Source: Candidatus Omnitrophota bacterium | GTDB lineage: Bacteria > Omnitrophota > Gorgyraeia > Zapsychrales > Aceulaceae | Direction: 5' to 3' | Assembly (NCBI GenBank): GCA_028693815.1 | Contig: JAQUUP010000007.1 | Span: 4,921 to 68,920, forward strand | DNA length: 64,000 nt | In this document: in pieces, positions 56,826 to 64,000 of the stretch | Layout of the letters: every line of letters starts with the position of its first letter | Numbering within the stretch: the stretch's first letter is position 1 | Program-made: the position numbers and the translations under genes | Notes under the pieces: generated by a model | What the model saw: the letters and a program-made list of their open reading frames with translations, nothing else | The model's database searches: none | Told to the model about the DNA's origin: nothing

Positions 56826-57684
56826 AGATATAGTAGATAAAAAAACTTCTGGTGAAAAGATCACGATGCTTACGGCTTACGATTATCCGATGGCTAGGAT
56901 CATTGATCAGGCGGGTATCGATATTATTTTGGTCGGCGATTCTGTTGCCAATGTTGTTTTAGGATTAGATTCCACAAAAGCGATGACCATGGATCAGATG
57001 ATTTATCATGCCAGTGCTGTTCGAAGAGGGGCCCCAAATGCATTGGTTGTTGGCGACATGCCGTTTGAGTCATATCAAGTTGATAGTGTTAGGGCTGCTT
57101 GTAATGCAAAGCGTTTTGTTAATGAAGCAGGCTGTGATGCTATTAAATTAGAATGGTTTGATCAGTGCTTAGACGTGGCGAAAGAAATTATAAAGTCAGA
57201 AGTTTCTGTGATGGGGCACATCGGCTTAACGCCGCAAACAGCCGATCGCTTAGGGGGTTTTAAAGTTCAAGGAAAAGATGCTGAGTCGGCAAAACATTTA
57301 ATCGATCAAGCTCAGGCGTTGGAGCAAGCAGGGTGTTTTAGTTTAGTTTTAGAATGTATTCCAGATAAAATTGCTCAGATGATCACAGAAAAGTTGAGTA
57401 TTCCAACAATTGGCATTGGCGCAGGGCCTCATTGCGATGGGCAGGTTTTGGTGACACATGACATTTTAGGATTTTTTGATCGTTTCAAACCAAAATTTGT
57501 TAAGCAATACATGGATTTAAGCTCGATGATTACTGGCGCGGTTACGCTTTACCGTAATGAAGTTTTATTGAGTCAGTTTCCAAGCAAAGAGCAGAGTTTC
57601 ATTATAAAGGATGAGGAGATGGATAAGTTAAGACGAAACCCCGCGTCGCTTAAAAACGCTCCTGGGGTAAATTCGCACGAATAA
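56806..57684 (+). CDS. panB: 3-methyl-2-oxobutanoate hydroxymethyltransferase with C-terminal extension read from repeat element
   Basis: KITMLTAYDYPMARI, GHIGLTPQ motifs; the last 15 codons (...RRNPASLKNAPGVNSHE*) are translated from repeat copy D. Confidence 0.85.
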   Translation: MKKQTLKDIVDKKTSGEKITMLTAYDYPMARIIDQAGIDIILVGDSVANVVLGLDSTKAMTMDQMIYHASAVRRGAPNALVVGDMPFESYQVDSVRAACNAKRFVNEAGCDAIKLEWFDQCLDVAKEIIKSEVSVMGHIGLTPQTADRLGGFKVQGKDAESAKHLIDQAQALEQAGCFSLVLECIPDKIAQMITEKLSIPTIGIGAGPHCDGQVLVTHDILGFFDRFKPKFVKQYMDLSSMITGAVTLYRNEVLLSQFPSKEQSFIIKDEEMDKLRRNPASLKNAPGVNSHE

Positions 57685-57727
57685 CTTTGCACTCCTTGTA
57701 GTCGTGCAAGCTATGTGCTCATTTAAA
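57635..57727. repeat. structured intergenic repeat, copy D (overlaps panB 3' end)
   Basis: GAAACCCCGCGTCGCTTAAAAACGCTCCTGGGGTAAATTCGCACGA..., hairpin GCACGA...TCGTGC, then GTGCTCATTTAAAA. Confidence 0.7.
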
Positions 57728-57730
57728 AAA

Positions 57731-57930
57731 GTTCTGATTCGCCCCGCTAGGCCGCGGGGCTTACAGGGGAATCCTCAGTTCGTCGATTCCTTGAGGATTA
57801 ATTCGCCTGACAGATTTACAGTCACTGATGCTCTGTAAATCTGAGGCTCATTAAAATTCGCGCAGGCTGACTTGACGTCTCGCCAAAGCTCGACGTAAGT
57901 CAGGCGCTTATTATAGGAGTTTCATTTAAA
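57731..57930. repeat. inverted-repeat-rich repeat-family member, copy D2
   Basis: GCCCCGC-taggcc-GCGGGGC; AATCCTCA...TGAGGATT followed by AATTCGCC; 11-bp perfect IR CAGATTTACAG...CTGTAAATCTG; CATTAAAATTCGCGC; CTGACTTGACGTC...GACGTAAGTCAG; ends ATAGGAGTTTCATTTAAAC. Confidence 0.6.
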
Positions 57931-57938
57931 CAAAAATT

Positions 57939-58040
57939 GAGGATACTCCGCGTCGCCCAAAAAAGAATGAAGGGCTCCTGGAGTAAATTCAACTAACAAT
58001 TTACGAGCCGCTTTCGCGCTCGTAAATAGGAGTTTCATTT
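57939..58040. repeat. structured intergenic repeat, copy E (abuts start codon of 58041 gene)
   Basis: GAGGATACTCCGCGTCGCCC...GGGCTCCTGGAGTAAATTCAACT, 9-bp IR TTTACGAGC...GCTCGTAAA, then TAGGAGTTTCATTT | ATG. Confidence 0.7.
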
Positions 58041-58352
58041 ATGAAAAAATGTCCGTTTTGTGCAGAAGAAATTCAAGATGAAGCAATCAAGTGTCGGTAT
58101 TGTAACGAGCTTTTAAATAAAGAAGAGAAGACAGCCTGGTATTTAAAACCATCGATTTTAGTGCTTGGTTTTTTGACGGTTGGTCCGCTTATGTTGCCTT
58201 TGGTTTGGATTAATCCGAAATATGATCAGAAAAAGAAATTTATTATTACGATTGTTATTCTTTTGATCACATATTTTGCTTTTAAAATAATGGCGCACTC
58301 TGTTCAACAGCTTCAAGAGCATTATAAGGTTCTTTTTGATATGCTTGGATAG
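58041..58352 (+). CDS. small membrane protein with N-terminal zinc ribbon
   Basis: CPFC...CRYC, then two TM helices. Confidence 0.55.
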   Translation: MKKCPFCAEEIQDEAIKCRYCNELLNKEEKTAWYLKPSILVLGFLTVGPLMLPLVWINPKYDQKKKFIITIVILLITYFAFKIMAHSVQQLQEHYKVLFDMLG

Positions 58353-58528
58353 TTTTAATCTGCACACGCTTTTCCTAAAGTAAAAGATCTTTATTTTTTT
58401 CTTAAGAAAATATTCTTAGATAATTTCAACAAAAAACACTTAATGTGTTTTTTGTTGTTTTGTTGGTGACTTGGTCTTTTAAAGGGCGTATAATAAAAAA
58501 AGTCCAAATTGATAAGGAAAATCTTTGA

Positions 58529-58927
58529 ATGGAAAATGAGCCTGTAAAAAAAGATATGGGAAGTATCCCAGAACCTCAAGCGACGCAAGATGTCGAAAGC
58601 AGTTCTTCTTTGGTGCAGGATTTCTTTATTGTTGGATTTGGTATTTTAATTGTTGTCTTGGCTTTCTTTTTGTATCATGCGATCGTTGGCTTGGACCTAG
58701 AAGTTGTTATGCCGAGAGGGTGTAAGAAGGTCATTGATATGTATGGCCATATAATCAGCACGCCTGATAATAAAATTCCAGGGCAGCATATTACACAATA
58801 TATTCGGATTGCCATTATTATGGGTTTTGCAGCGATTGGTGCGTTTTTCTTTTCTTTTGTTATTATAAAATGGATTAAAAATAACAAAAAATTGACATTC
58901 AGACCAAAGCCGTTTGATAAGGCCTAA
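58529..58927 (+). CDS. hypothetical membrane protein
   Basis: 132 aa, two predicted TM helices; putative TATAAT at about 58487 upstream. Confidence 0.4.
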   Translation: MENEPVKKDMGSIPEPQATQDVESSSSLVQDFFIVGFGILIVVLAFFLYHAIVGLDLEVVMPRGCKKVIDMYGHIISTPDNKIPGQHITQYIRIAIIMGFAAIGAFFFSFVIIKWIKNNKKLTFRPKPFDKA

Positions 58928-59006
58928 GACAGATTATCTCCGTCGTAAGCTTACTAAATATGATATACTTAAGAGTAAGGAGGATTTGTCTTGAAGAAAG
59001 AGGCGT

Positions 59007-59261
59007 TTGATTATGGATGTGAATATACTGCCGACAACATTAGTTTGGTTTTTTCTCATTGGGGGTCTTGTGCTCGTGGCTGTCGTAGCTTGGGCTACCC
59101 AAGTTGCTGCGATTTCTTCAAAAAACCGAGAAAAATATAAAAGCCAGAAGATTGTAGAAAATTATTACGAAGGAAAGAGTGAGTCTGTCAAAGCTTCTGC
59201 TGTGAGTGCACAGATTTTAAAGCGTTGGAAGCAAAATTTAAGCGATGTTGATGATGATTAG
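59007..59261 (+). CDS. hypothetical single-pass membrane protein
   Basis: 84 aa; N-terminal TM then a charged tail. Confidence 0.35.
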   Translation: MIMDVNILPTTLVWFFLIGGLVLVAVVAWATQVAAISSKNREKYKSQKIVENYYEGKSESVKASAVSAQILKRWKQNLSDVDDD

Positions 59262-59368
59262 AATTTTGTTGTAATCCTGCCTTTCAAGGGCTTTAAGCCT
59301 CTTTACAATATTTCATCTTGCGGTACAATACATCTGTTTATTCTAGGACCTAAAATACAAGGAAATAT

Positions 59369-59812
59369 ATGAGTTGTGATCAGGGGCAAGTTGTTGCGTT
59401 ATGCTTAAGCCAAGAGAAGCATGTTGCAAAATCTTCGGTTGAAAAATGTTTTTTCAAAAAAGATTTTGGGATTGTTGGAGACGCCCATGGTGGCTCAGGG
59501 ATGCGTCAAGTTAGTCTTTTGTCAAAGGCATCAATTCAAAAGATGGCCGCGACGGGTCTTACCTTAGCTCACGGTGCCTTTGCTGAGAACATGGTTGTTG
59601 ACGGCATTGATTTTAAAGAAATTTTGATTGGAACTCGTCTGCGTGTTGGAAACGCGGTCGTGCTTGAAGTTGTTCAGATTGGCAAGCCATGTCATAGCCC
59701 GTGCTCAATTTATCATTCTGCAGGATATTGCGTTATGCCAAAAGAGGGAATTTTTGCTAAAGTTTTAGAATCTGGGGAAGTTAGAGTCTTAGATTTTGTT
59801 TCGATTAGCTAA
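59369..59812 (+). CDS. MOSC-domain protein
   Basis: 147 aa with GDAHGGSG...ENMVVDG...IGKPCH pattern typical of MOSC beta-barrel proteins. Confidence 0.6.
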   Translation: MSCDQGQVVALCLSQEKHVAKSSVEKCFFKKDFGIVGDAHGGSGMRQVSLLSKASIQKMAATGLTLAHGAFAENMVVDGIDFKEILIGTRLRVGNAVVLEVVQIGKPCHSPCSIYHSAGYCVMPKEGIFAKVLESGEVRVLDFVSIS

Positions 59813-59885
59813 TTAATAGCAAGCATCTATCAATATAATCAAAATGCTTGATTTCTTGATAATTTTTCGATAAAATACCGGTTCA

Positions 59886-61193
59886 ATGTCTCAAGATAAC
59901 TTAATGGAAAAAATAGTATCTCTGTGTAAGCGCAGAGGATTTGTCTTTCAGTCTTCCGAGATTTATGGCGGGTTGAGCAGCGTTTGGGATTATGGTCCTC
60001 TGGGCGTAGAGCTTAAGCGTAATGTCAAGGATGCCTGGTGGAAGACTGTCGTGCATGATCGAGACGATGTGGTTGGTTTGGATGCAGGCATTCTAATGCA
60101 TCCGGACGCTTGGAAAGCTTCGGGCCATATTGATGGGTTTTCAGATGTTTTGGTGGATTGCAAATCTTGCAAGAAACGTTTTCGCAAAGATCATGTTGGC
60201 GATCAATGCCCAGAATGTGGGGCTAAAGATTTTACAGAGGGTCGGGCATTTAATCTGATGATGAAAACGCATCTCGGAGCTGCCGAAGACAGCAGTAGTC
60301 TAAGCTATCTTCGCCCGGAAACGGCACAAGGTATTTTTGTTAATTTTTCTAATGTCGTTGATACGACGCGAAAACGTCTTCCGTTTGGAATTGCTCAAAT
60401 TGGAAAATCATTTCGCAATGAAATTACTCCCGGAAATTTTATTTTTAGAACTCGGGAATTTGAACAAATGGAAATCGAATATTTCACAAATCCAGAGCAA
60501 GCGGACGAGATTCATCAAAAATGGATCGAGGAGCGCTTTGCTTGGTATGTTGATTTAGGAATCAAAAAAGATTCACTTCGTCTTAGAAAGCATGCATCAG
60601 ATGAGCTAGCGCATTACGCCAAGGGATGTACGGATATCGAATATGAGTTTCCTTTTGGCTGGTCCGAGCTTGAAGGCATTGCCAATCGAACTGATTTTGA
60701 TTTAAAACAACACTCCCAATCTTCAGGAAAAGACCTGCAGTACCAAGACAATCTTACCAATACAAAATTCTTCCCATATATCATTGAGCCTTCCGGAGGT
60801 GTCGATCGCGCAACACTTGCGTTTTTAGTTGATGCCTATTGCGAAGAACAAGTCAAAGATGCGACGCGTGTTGTTTTAAAGTTTAGTCCAAAATTAGCTC
60901 CGATCAAGGTTGCTGTGTTACCGCTTTTAAAGAAAAATTCAGATATTGTTTCGATGGCAAAATTGATTAAAAAAGATTTGTCAAAAAGCTTTACTGCGGT
61001 GTATGATGATACCGCTTCGATCGGGAAACTTTATAGACGGCAGGACGAAATTGGAACATCTTTTTGCTTAACAGTCGATGTGGATTCTTTGAGTGACCAA
61101 AAAGTAACGGTGCGGGACCGAGATACGATGATACAAGAGCGTATTCCTGTGGGCAGTTTGAAAGAATATTTATCAAAAAAACTTATTATTTAA
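59886..61193 (+). CDS. glyQS: glycine--tRNA ligase, dimeric (alpha2) type
   Basis: N-terminus IVSLCKRRGFVFQSSEIYGGLSSVWDYGPLGVELKRN; class II core and a C-terminal anticodon-binding domain. Confidence 0.9.
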   Translation: MSQDNLMEKIVSLCKRRGFVFQSSEIYGGLSSVWDYGPLGVELKRNVKDAWWKTVVHDRDDVVGLDAGILMHPDAWKASGHIDGFSDVLVDCKSCKKRFRKDHVGDQCPECGAKDFTEGRAFNLMMKTHLGAAEDSSSLSYLRPETAQGIFVNFSNVVDTTRKRLPFGIAQIGKSFRNEITPGNFIFRTREFEQMEIEYFTNPEQADEIHQKWIEERFAWYVDLGIKKDSLRLRKHASDELAHYAKGCTDIEYEFPFGWSELEGIANRTDFDLKQHSQSSGKDLQYQDNLTNTKFFPYIIEPSGGVDRATLAFLVDAYCEEQVKDATRVVLKFSPKLAPIKVAVLPLLKKNSDIVSMAKLIKKDLSKSFTAVYDDTASIGKLYRRQDEIGTSFCLTVDVDSLSDQKVTVRDRDTMIQERIPVGSLKEYLSKKLII

Positions 61194-61214
61194 TAGAAGG
61201 GTAGGTTTGTAAAG

Positions 61215-63191
61215 ATGGCAGGCAAAACAAGTAAGTATGTTTATTTTTTTGGTGGTGGAAAAGCAGAGGGCAAAGCTTCAATGAAGGAGCTTTTTGGTGG
61301 AAAAGGTGCTAATTTAGCGGAGATGTCAAGCATTGGCGTTCCAGTGCCAGCAGGTTTTACGATTACGACAGAAGTTTGCGCATATTATGATAAGAATAAT
61401 AAAAAGAAACCAGCAGGGTTAGATAAAGAAATTGATGCAAATATCACTAAGATTGAAAAAGTGATGGGTGCAAAATTTGGAGATAAGAATAATCCTCTTT
61501 TGGTTTCTGTTCGAAGTGGCGCTGCCGTTTCTATGCCGGGTATGATGAATACAGTTTTGAATCTTGGTATCAATGATGATGCAGTTGAAGGTCTAGCTAA
61601 GAAAACAAATAATGAGCGCATGGCTTGGGATTCTTATAGACGTTTCATTAATATGTTTGGCGATGTTTGCATGGGTGTTGACCATGAGCATTTTGAGCAT
61701 GAGCTAACGCGTATTAAGAAAAAGTATAACCGAAAATTAGATTGCGAATTAACAACTCAAGAATTAAAAGAAGTTGTTGATGCTTATAAAGAAGTATACA
61801 GAAAGAGTGTTGGAAAGGATTTCCCAACAGCCGCACGCGAGCAACTTTCTTATGCGATTGATGCTGTTTTAGGTTCATGGAATATTCCAAGAGCGGTTGC
61901 TTATAGAAATATTAATAAGCTTTTTGGGCTTAAAGGAACAGCAGTTAATGTTCAGTCCATGGTTTATGGAAATATGGGCGATAATTCTGGAACAGGTGTT
62001 GCGTTTACACGTAATCCTGCTGATGGAACAAACAAATTCTTTGGTGAGTATTTGATTAATGCCCAAGGGGAAGACGTTGTGGCTGGTATTCGTACCCCTG
62101 ATCCGATTTCAACTTTGAAAACGAAAATGCCAAAGATTTATAAAGAGCTTGATACGATTCGATTAAAGCTTGAGCGACATTATCGTGATATGCAAGACGT
62201 TGAGTTTACGATTCAAGAAGGCAAGCTTTATATGCTTCAGACGAGAACCGGAAAAAGAACTGGTTTAGCGGCTGTTAAGATTGCTGTTGATATGGTTAAA
62301 GAGAAATTGATTAAGCCAGAAGAGGGATTGATGAGAGTTGAAGGCGATCATTTGAATCAACTTCTTTTCCCAATTCTTGATCCTAAGGCAAAGCTTGAGG
62401 CTATTTCTGCAAAACGCGTTTTGGCCAGAGGTTTGCCAGCAGGTCCAGGAGCATCAAACGGACAAATTGTTTTTACGGCTGATGATGCTGTGAAGTGGGC
62501 TGAAAATGGCAAAAAAGTTATTTTGGTTCGAAAAGAAACTTCTCCAGAAGATGTTTCTGGTATGTGGGCTGCTCAAGCAATTTTGACATCAACAGGAGGA
62601 ATGACTTCGCATGCAGCTGTTGTTGCTCGAGGTTGGGGCAAATGTTGTGTGGTTGGTTGTGCGGCTTTGGATATTGACTATAAAACAAAGACAATCAAGG
62701 TTGATGGAAAAGTTTTAGAAGAAGGCGCCGAGGTTTCTATCGATGGTTCAACAGGAGAAATTGTTTTAGGACATGTTGAGACATCTTCTTCGCCAGTTGT
62801 TTCAGGGATTATTGACAAAAATAAAGCTGCACTAAAACATCCAATTTGCCAGATTTTCTTGGAAGTGATGAAATGGGCAGATAAAGCACGAGAAATCAAG
62901 GTTCGCACCAATGCGGATTCTCCAAAAGATGCACAAAATGCACGTGCGTTTGGCGCAGAAGGTATTGGCCTTTGCCGAACAGAGCATATGTTTTTTGAGG
63001 GCGATCGTATTTGGGCTATTCGAGAAATGATTCTTGCCAACGATGTCGCTGGTCGAGAAGCAGCTCTTAAGAAACTTCTTCCATATCAAAGAAAAGATTT
63101 TGAAGGTATTTTTAAGGCTATGGATGGATTACCTGTTACAGTGCGTCTTTTAGACCCACCTTTACATGAGTTCTTGCCTCACGATGCCTAA
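61215..63191 (+). CDS. ppdK: pyruvate, phosphate dikinase, N-terminal 658 codons, ending at an in-frame TAA
   Basis: PEP-utilizer/PPDK motifs (GGMTSHAAVVARGWGKCCVVGC; ...RLLDPPLHEFLPHDA*). Confidence 0.85.
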   Translation: MAGKTSKYVYFFGGGKAEGKASMKELFGGKGANLAEMSSIGVPVPAGFTITTEVCAYYDKNNKKKPAGLDKEIDANITKIEKVMGAKFGDKNNPLLVSVRSGAAVSMPGMMNTVLNLGINDDAVEGLAKKTNNERMAWDSYRRFINMFGDVCMGVDHEHFEHELTRIKKKYNRKLDCELTTQELKEVVDAYKEVYRKSVGKDFPTAAREQLSYAIDAVLGSWNIPRAVAYRNINKLFGLKGTAVNVQSMVYGNMGDNSGTGVAFTRNPADGTNKFFGEYLINAQGEDVVAGIRTPDPISTLKTKMPKIYKELDTIRLKLERHYRDMQDVEFTIQEGKLYMLQTRTGKRTGLAAVKIAVDMVKEKLIKPEEGLMRVEGDHLNQLLFPILDPKAKLEAISAKRVLARGLPAGPGASNGQIVFTADDAVKWAENGKKVILVRKETSPEDVSGMWAAQAILTSTGGMTSHAAVVARGWGKCCVVGCAALDIDYKTKTIKVDGKVLEEGAEVSIDGSTGEIVLGHVETSSSPVVSGIIDKNKAALKHPICQIFLEVMKWADKAREIKVRTNADSPKDAQNARAFGAEGIGLCRTEHMFFEGDRIWAIREMILANDVAGREAALKKLLPYQRKDFEGIFKAMDGLPVTVRLLDPPLHEFLPHDA

Positions 63192-63203
63192 GGGCAAGAA
63201 GAG

Positions 63204-63926
63204 ATGGCAAAGCGTTTAAACATAACACCAGAAGCGGTTAAAGCAAAAGTAGATTCTCTTCACGAGATGAATCCTATGTTTGGTCATCGTGGATGCCGAT
63301 TGTCGATTACTTATCCTGAAATTTGCAAAATGCAGGTAACAGCGATTATGGAAGCGGCATGCAACATGGCTAAGAAAGAAATTAAAGTTCTTCCAGAGAT
63401 CATGATTCCTTTGATTGGAACAAAGGCAGAATATGATATTCTAGAAGCGATTTCTCGTAATACGGCCGAAGAGATTATCAAAGCTAAAGGTGTTAAGGTT
63501 AATTATCTTGTTGGAACCATGATGGAAATTCCTCGTGCAACACTTGTTGCCGACAAGGTTGCTGAAAAAGCAGAGTTTTTCTCATTTGGTACCAATGATC
63601 TTACACAGATGACGTTTGGCTATAGTCGTGATGACGTAGCAACATTTTTACCTGAATATATTGATAAGAAAATTGTTAGAGATGATCCGTTTGCTTCTAT
63701 TGATCAGGAAGGTGTAGGTGAACTTGTTATCACAGCGGTGAAACGTGGTCGATCGACACGCAAGAATTTAAAGTGTGGTGTTTGCGGCGAGCATGGTGGG
63801 GACCCAGCGAGTGTTAAGTTTTTTGTTAGAGCCGGTCTTAATTATGTTAGTTGTTCACCCTATCGTGTGCCAATTGCACGTTTAGCAGCAGGACAAGCAG
63901 CGCTTGAAGCTAAAAAGAAAAAATAA
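63204..63926 (+). CDS. ppdK: pyruvate, phosphate dikinase, C-terminal PEP/pyruvate-binding domain (same frame as upstream part)
   Basis: Continues in the same reading frame: MAKRLNITPEAVKAKVDSLHEMNPMFGHRGCRLSITYPEI...; TIM-barrel motifs GTNDLTQ, CGEHGGDP. Confidence 0.85.
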   Translation: MAKRLNITPEAVKAKVDSLHEMNPMFGHRGCRLSITYPEICKMQVTAIMEAACNMAKKEIKVLPEIMIPLIGTKAEYDILEAISRNTAEEIIKAKGVKVNYLVGTMMEIPRATLVADKVAEKAEFFSFGTNDLTQMTFGYSRDDVATFLPEYIDKKIVRDDPFASIDQEGVGELVITAVKRGRSTRKNLKCGVCGEHGGDPASVKFFVRAGLNYVSCSPYRVPIARLAAGQAALEAKKKK

Positions 63927-63941
63927 ACAAAGGACATTGTA

Positions 63942-64000
63942 TTGGATCCTATACGCGCATATTTTAAAGACGTTCGACATATTCCTCTTTTGACAGCAGA
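63942..64000 (+). CDS. probable sigma-70 family factor, N-terminal fragment (runs off window)
   Basis: TTG start after AAGGAC; LDPIRAYFKDVRHIPLLTA resembles sigma-70 region 1.2. Confidence 0.4.
   Translation, partial: MDPIRAYFKDVRHIPLLTA

Overview
Low-GC (roughly mid-30s % by eye) bacterial chromosomal segment, densely coded, almost entirely on the + strand and mostly housekeeping. In order: efp (3' end), accB-accC, Asp23/AmaP pair, pfk, gmhA plus a heptose adenylyltransferase, tRNA-Gly(CCC), LysM/M23 peptidase, uvrB, groES-groEL behind a CIRCE operator, CBS-less IMPDH plus guaA, dnaE, hisS, aspS (short archaeal-type), phoH / 7TM-HD / ybeY / recO, dtd, tatD, an NfnAB/SudAB-like pair, panB, dimeric glyRS, ppdK, and the start of a sigma-70 gene. 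Only a Hel308/Ski2-like helicase and an ExeA/GspB-like pair are on the - strand. Gene content (Hel308, archaeal-type AspRS and 'archaeal' ATPase, NfnAB, PilZ / HD-GYP signalling) suggests an anaerobic, probably poorly characterised lineage, though no phylum can be assigned from sequence alone.

The signals most worth a second look:
- A family of roughly 100-nt structured intergenic repeats: a 6-bp stem with compensatory base changes between copies, then TAAATTC, a second variable hairpin, and a conserved ...(G)GAGTTTCATTT(ATG/AAA) tail that supplies the RBS of the downstream gene. Found at about nine sites.
- A 171-bp tandem duplication (two full copies plus a partial third) made of the dtd 3' end plus one such repeat, leaving out-of-context dtd-tail mini-ORFs.
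- panB, whose C-terminus reads into one of these repeats.
- ppdK split by a single in-frame TAA, with conserved PPDK motifs continuing across the break.
- A DUF1016(YhcG)-N domain fused to a staphylococcal-nuclease domain, sitting in a patch of small membrane and lipoproteins.
- A translationally coupled ATPase(DUF234-like) / metallophosphoesterase / HIT / dGTPase-like / GAF-HD-GYP block.

No CRISPR array, rRNA, IS element or prophage is evident.
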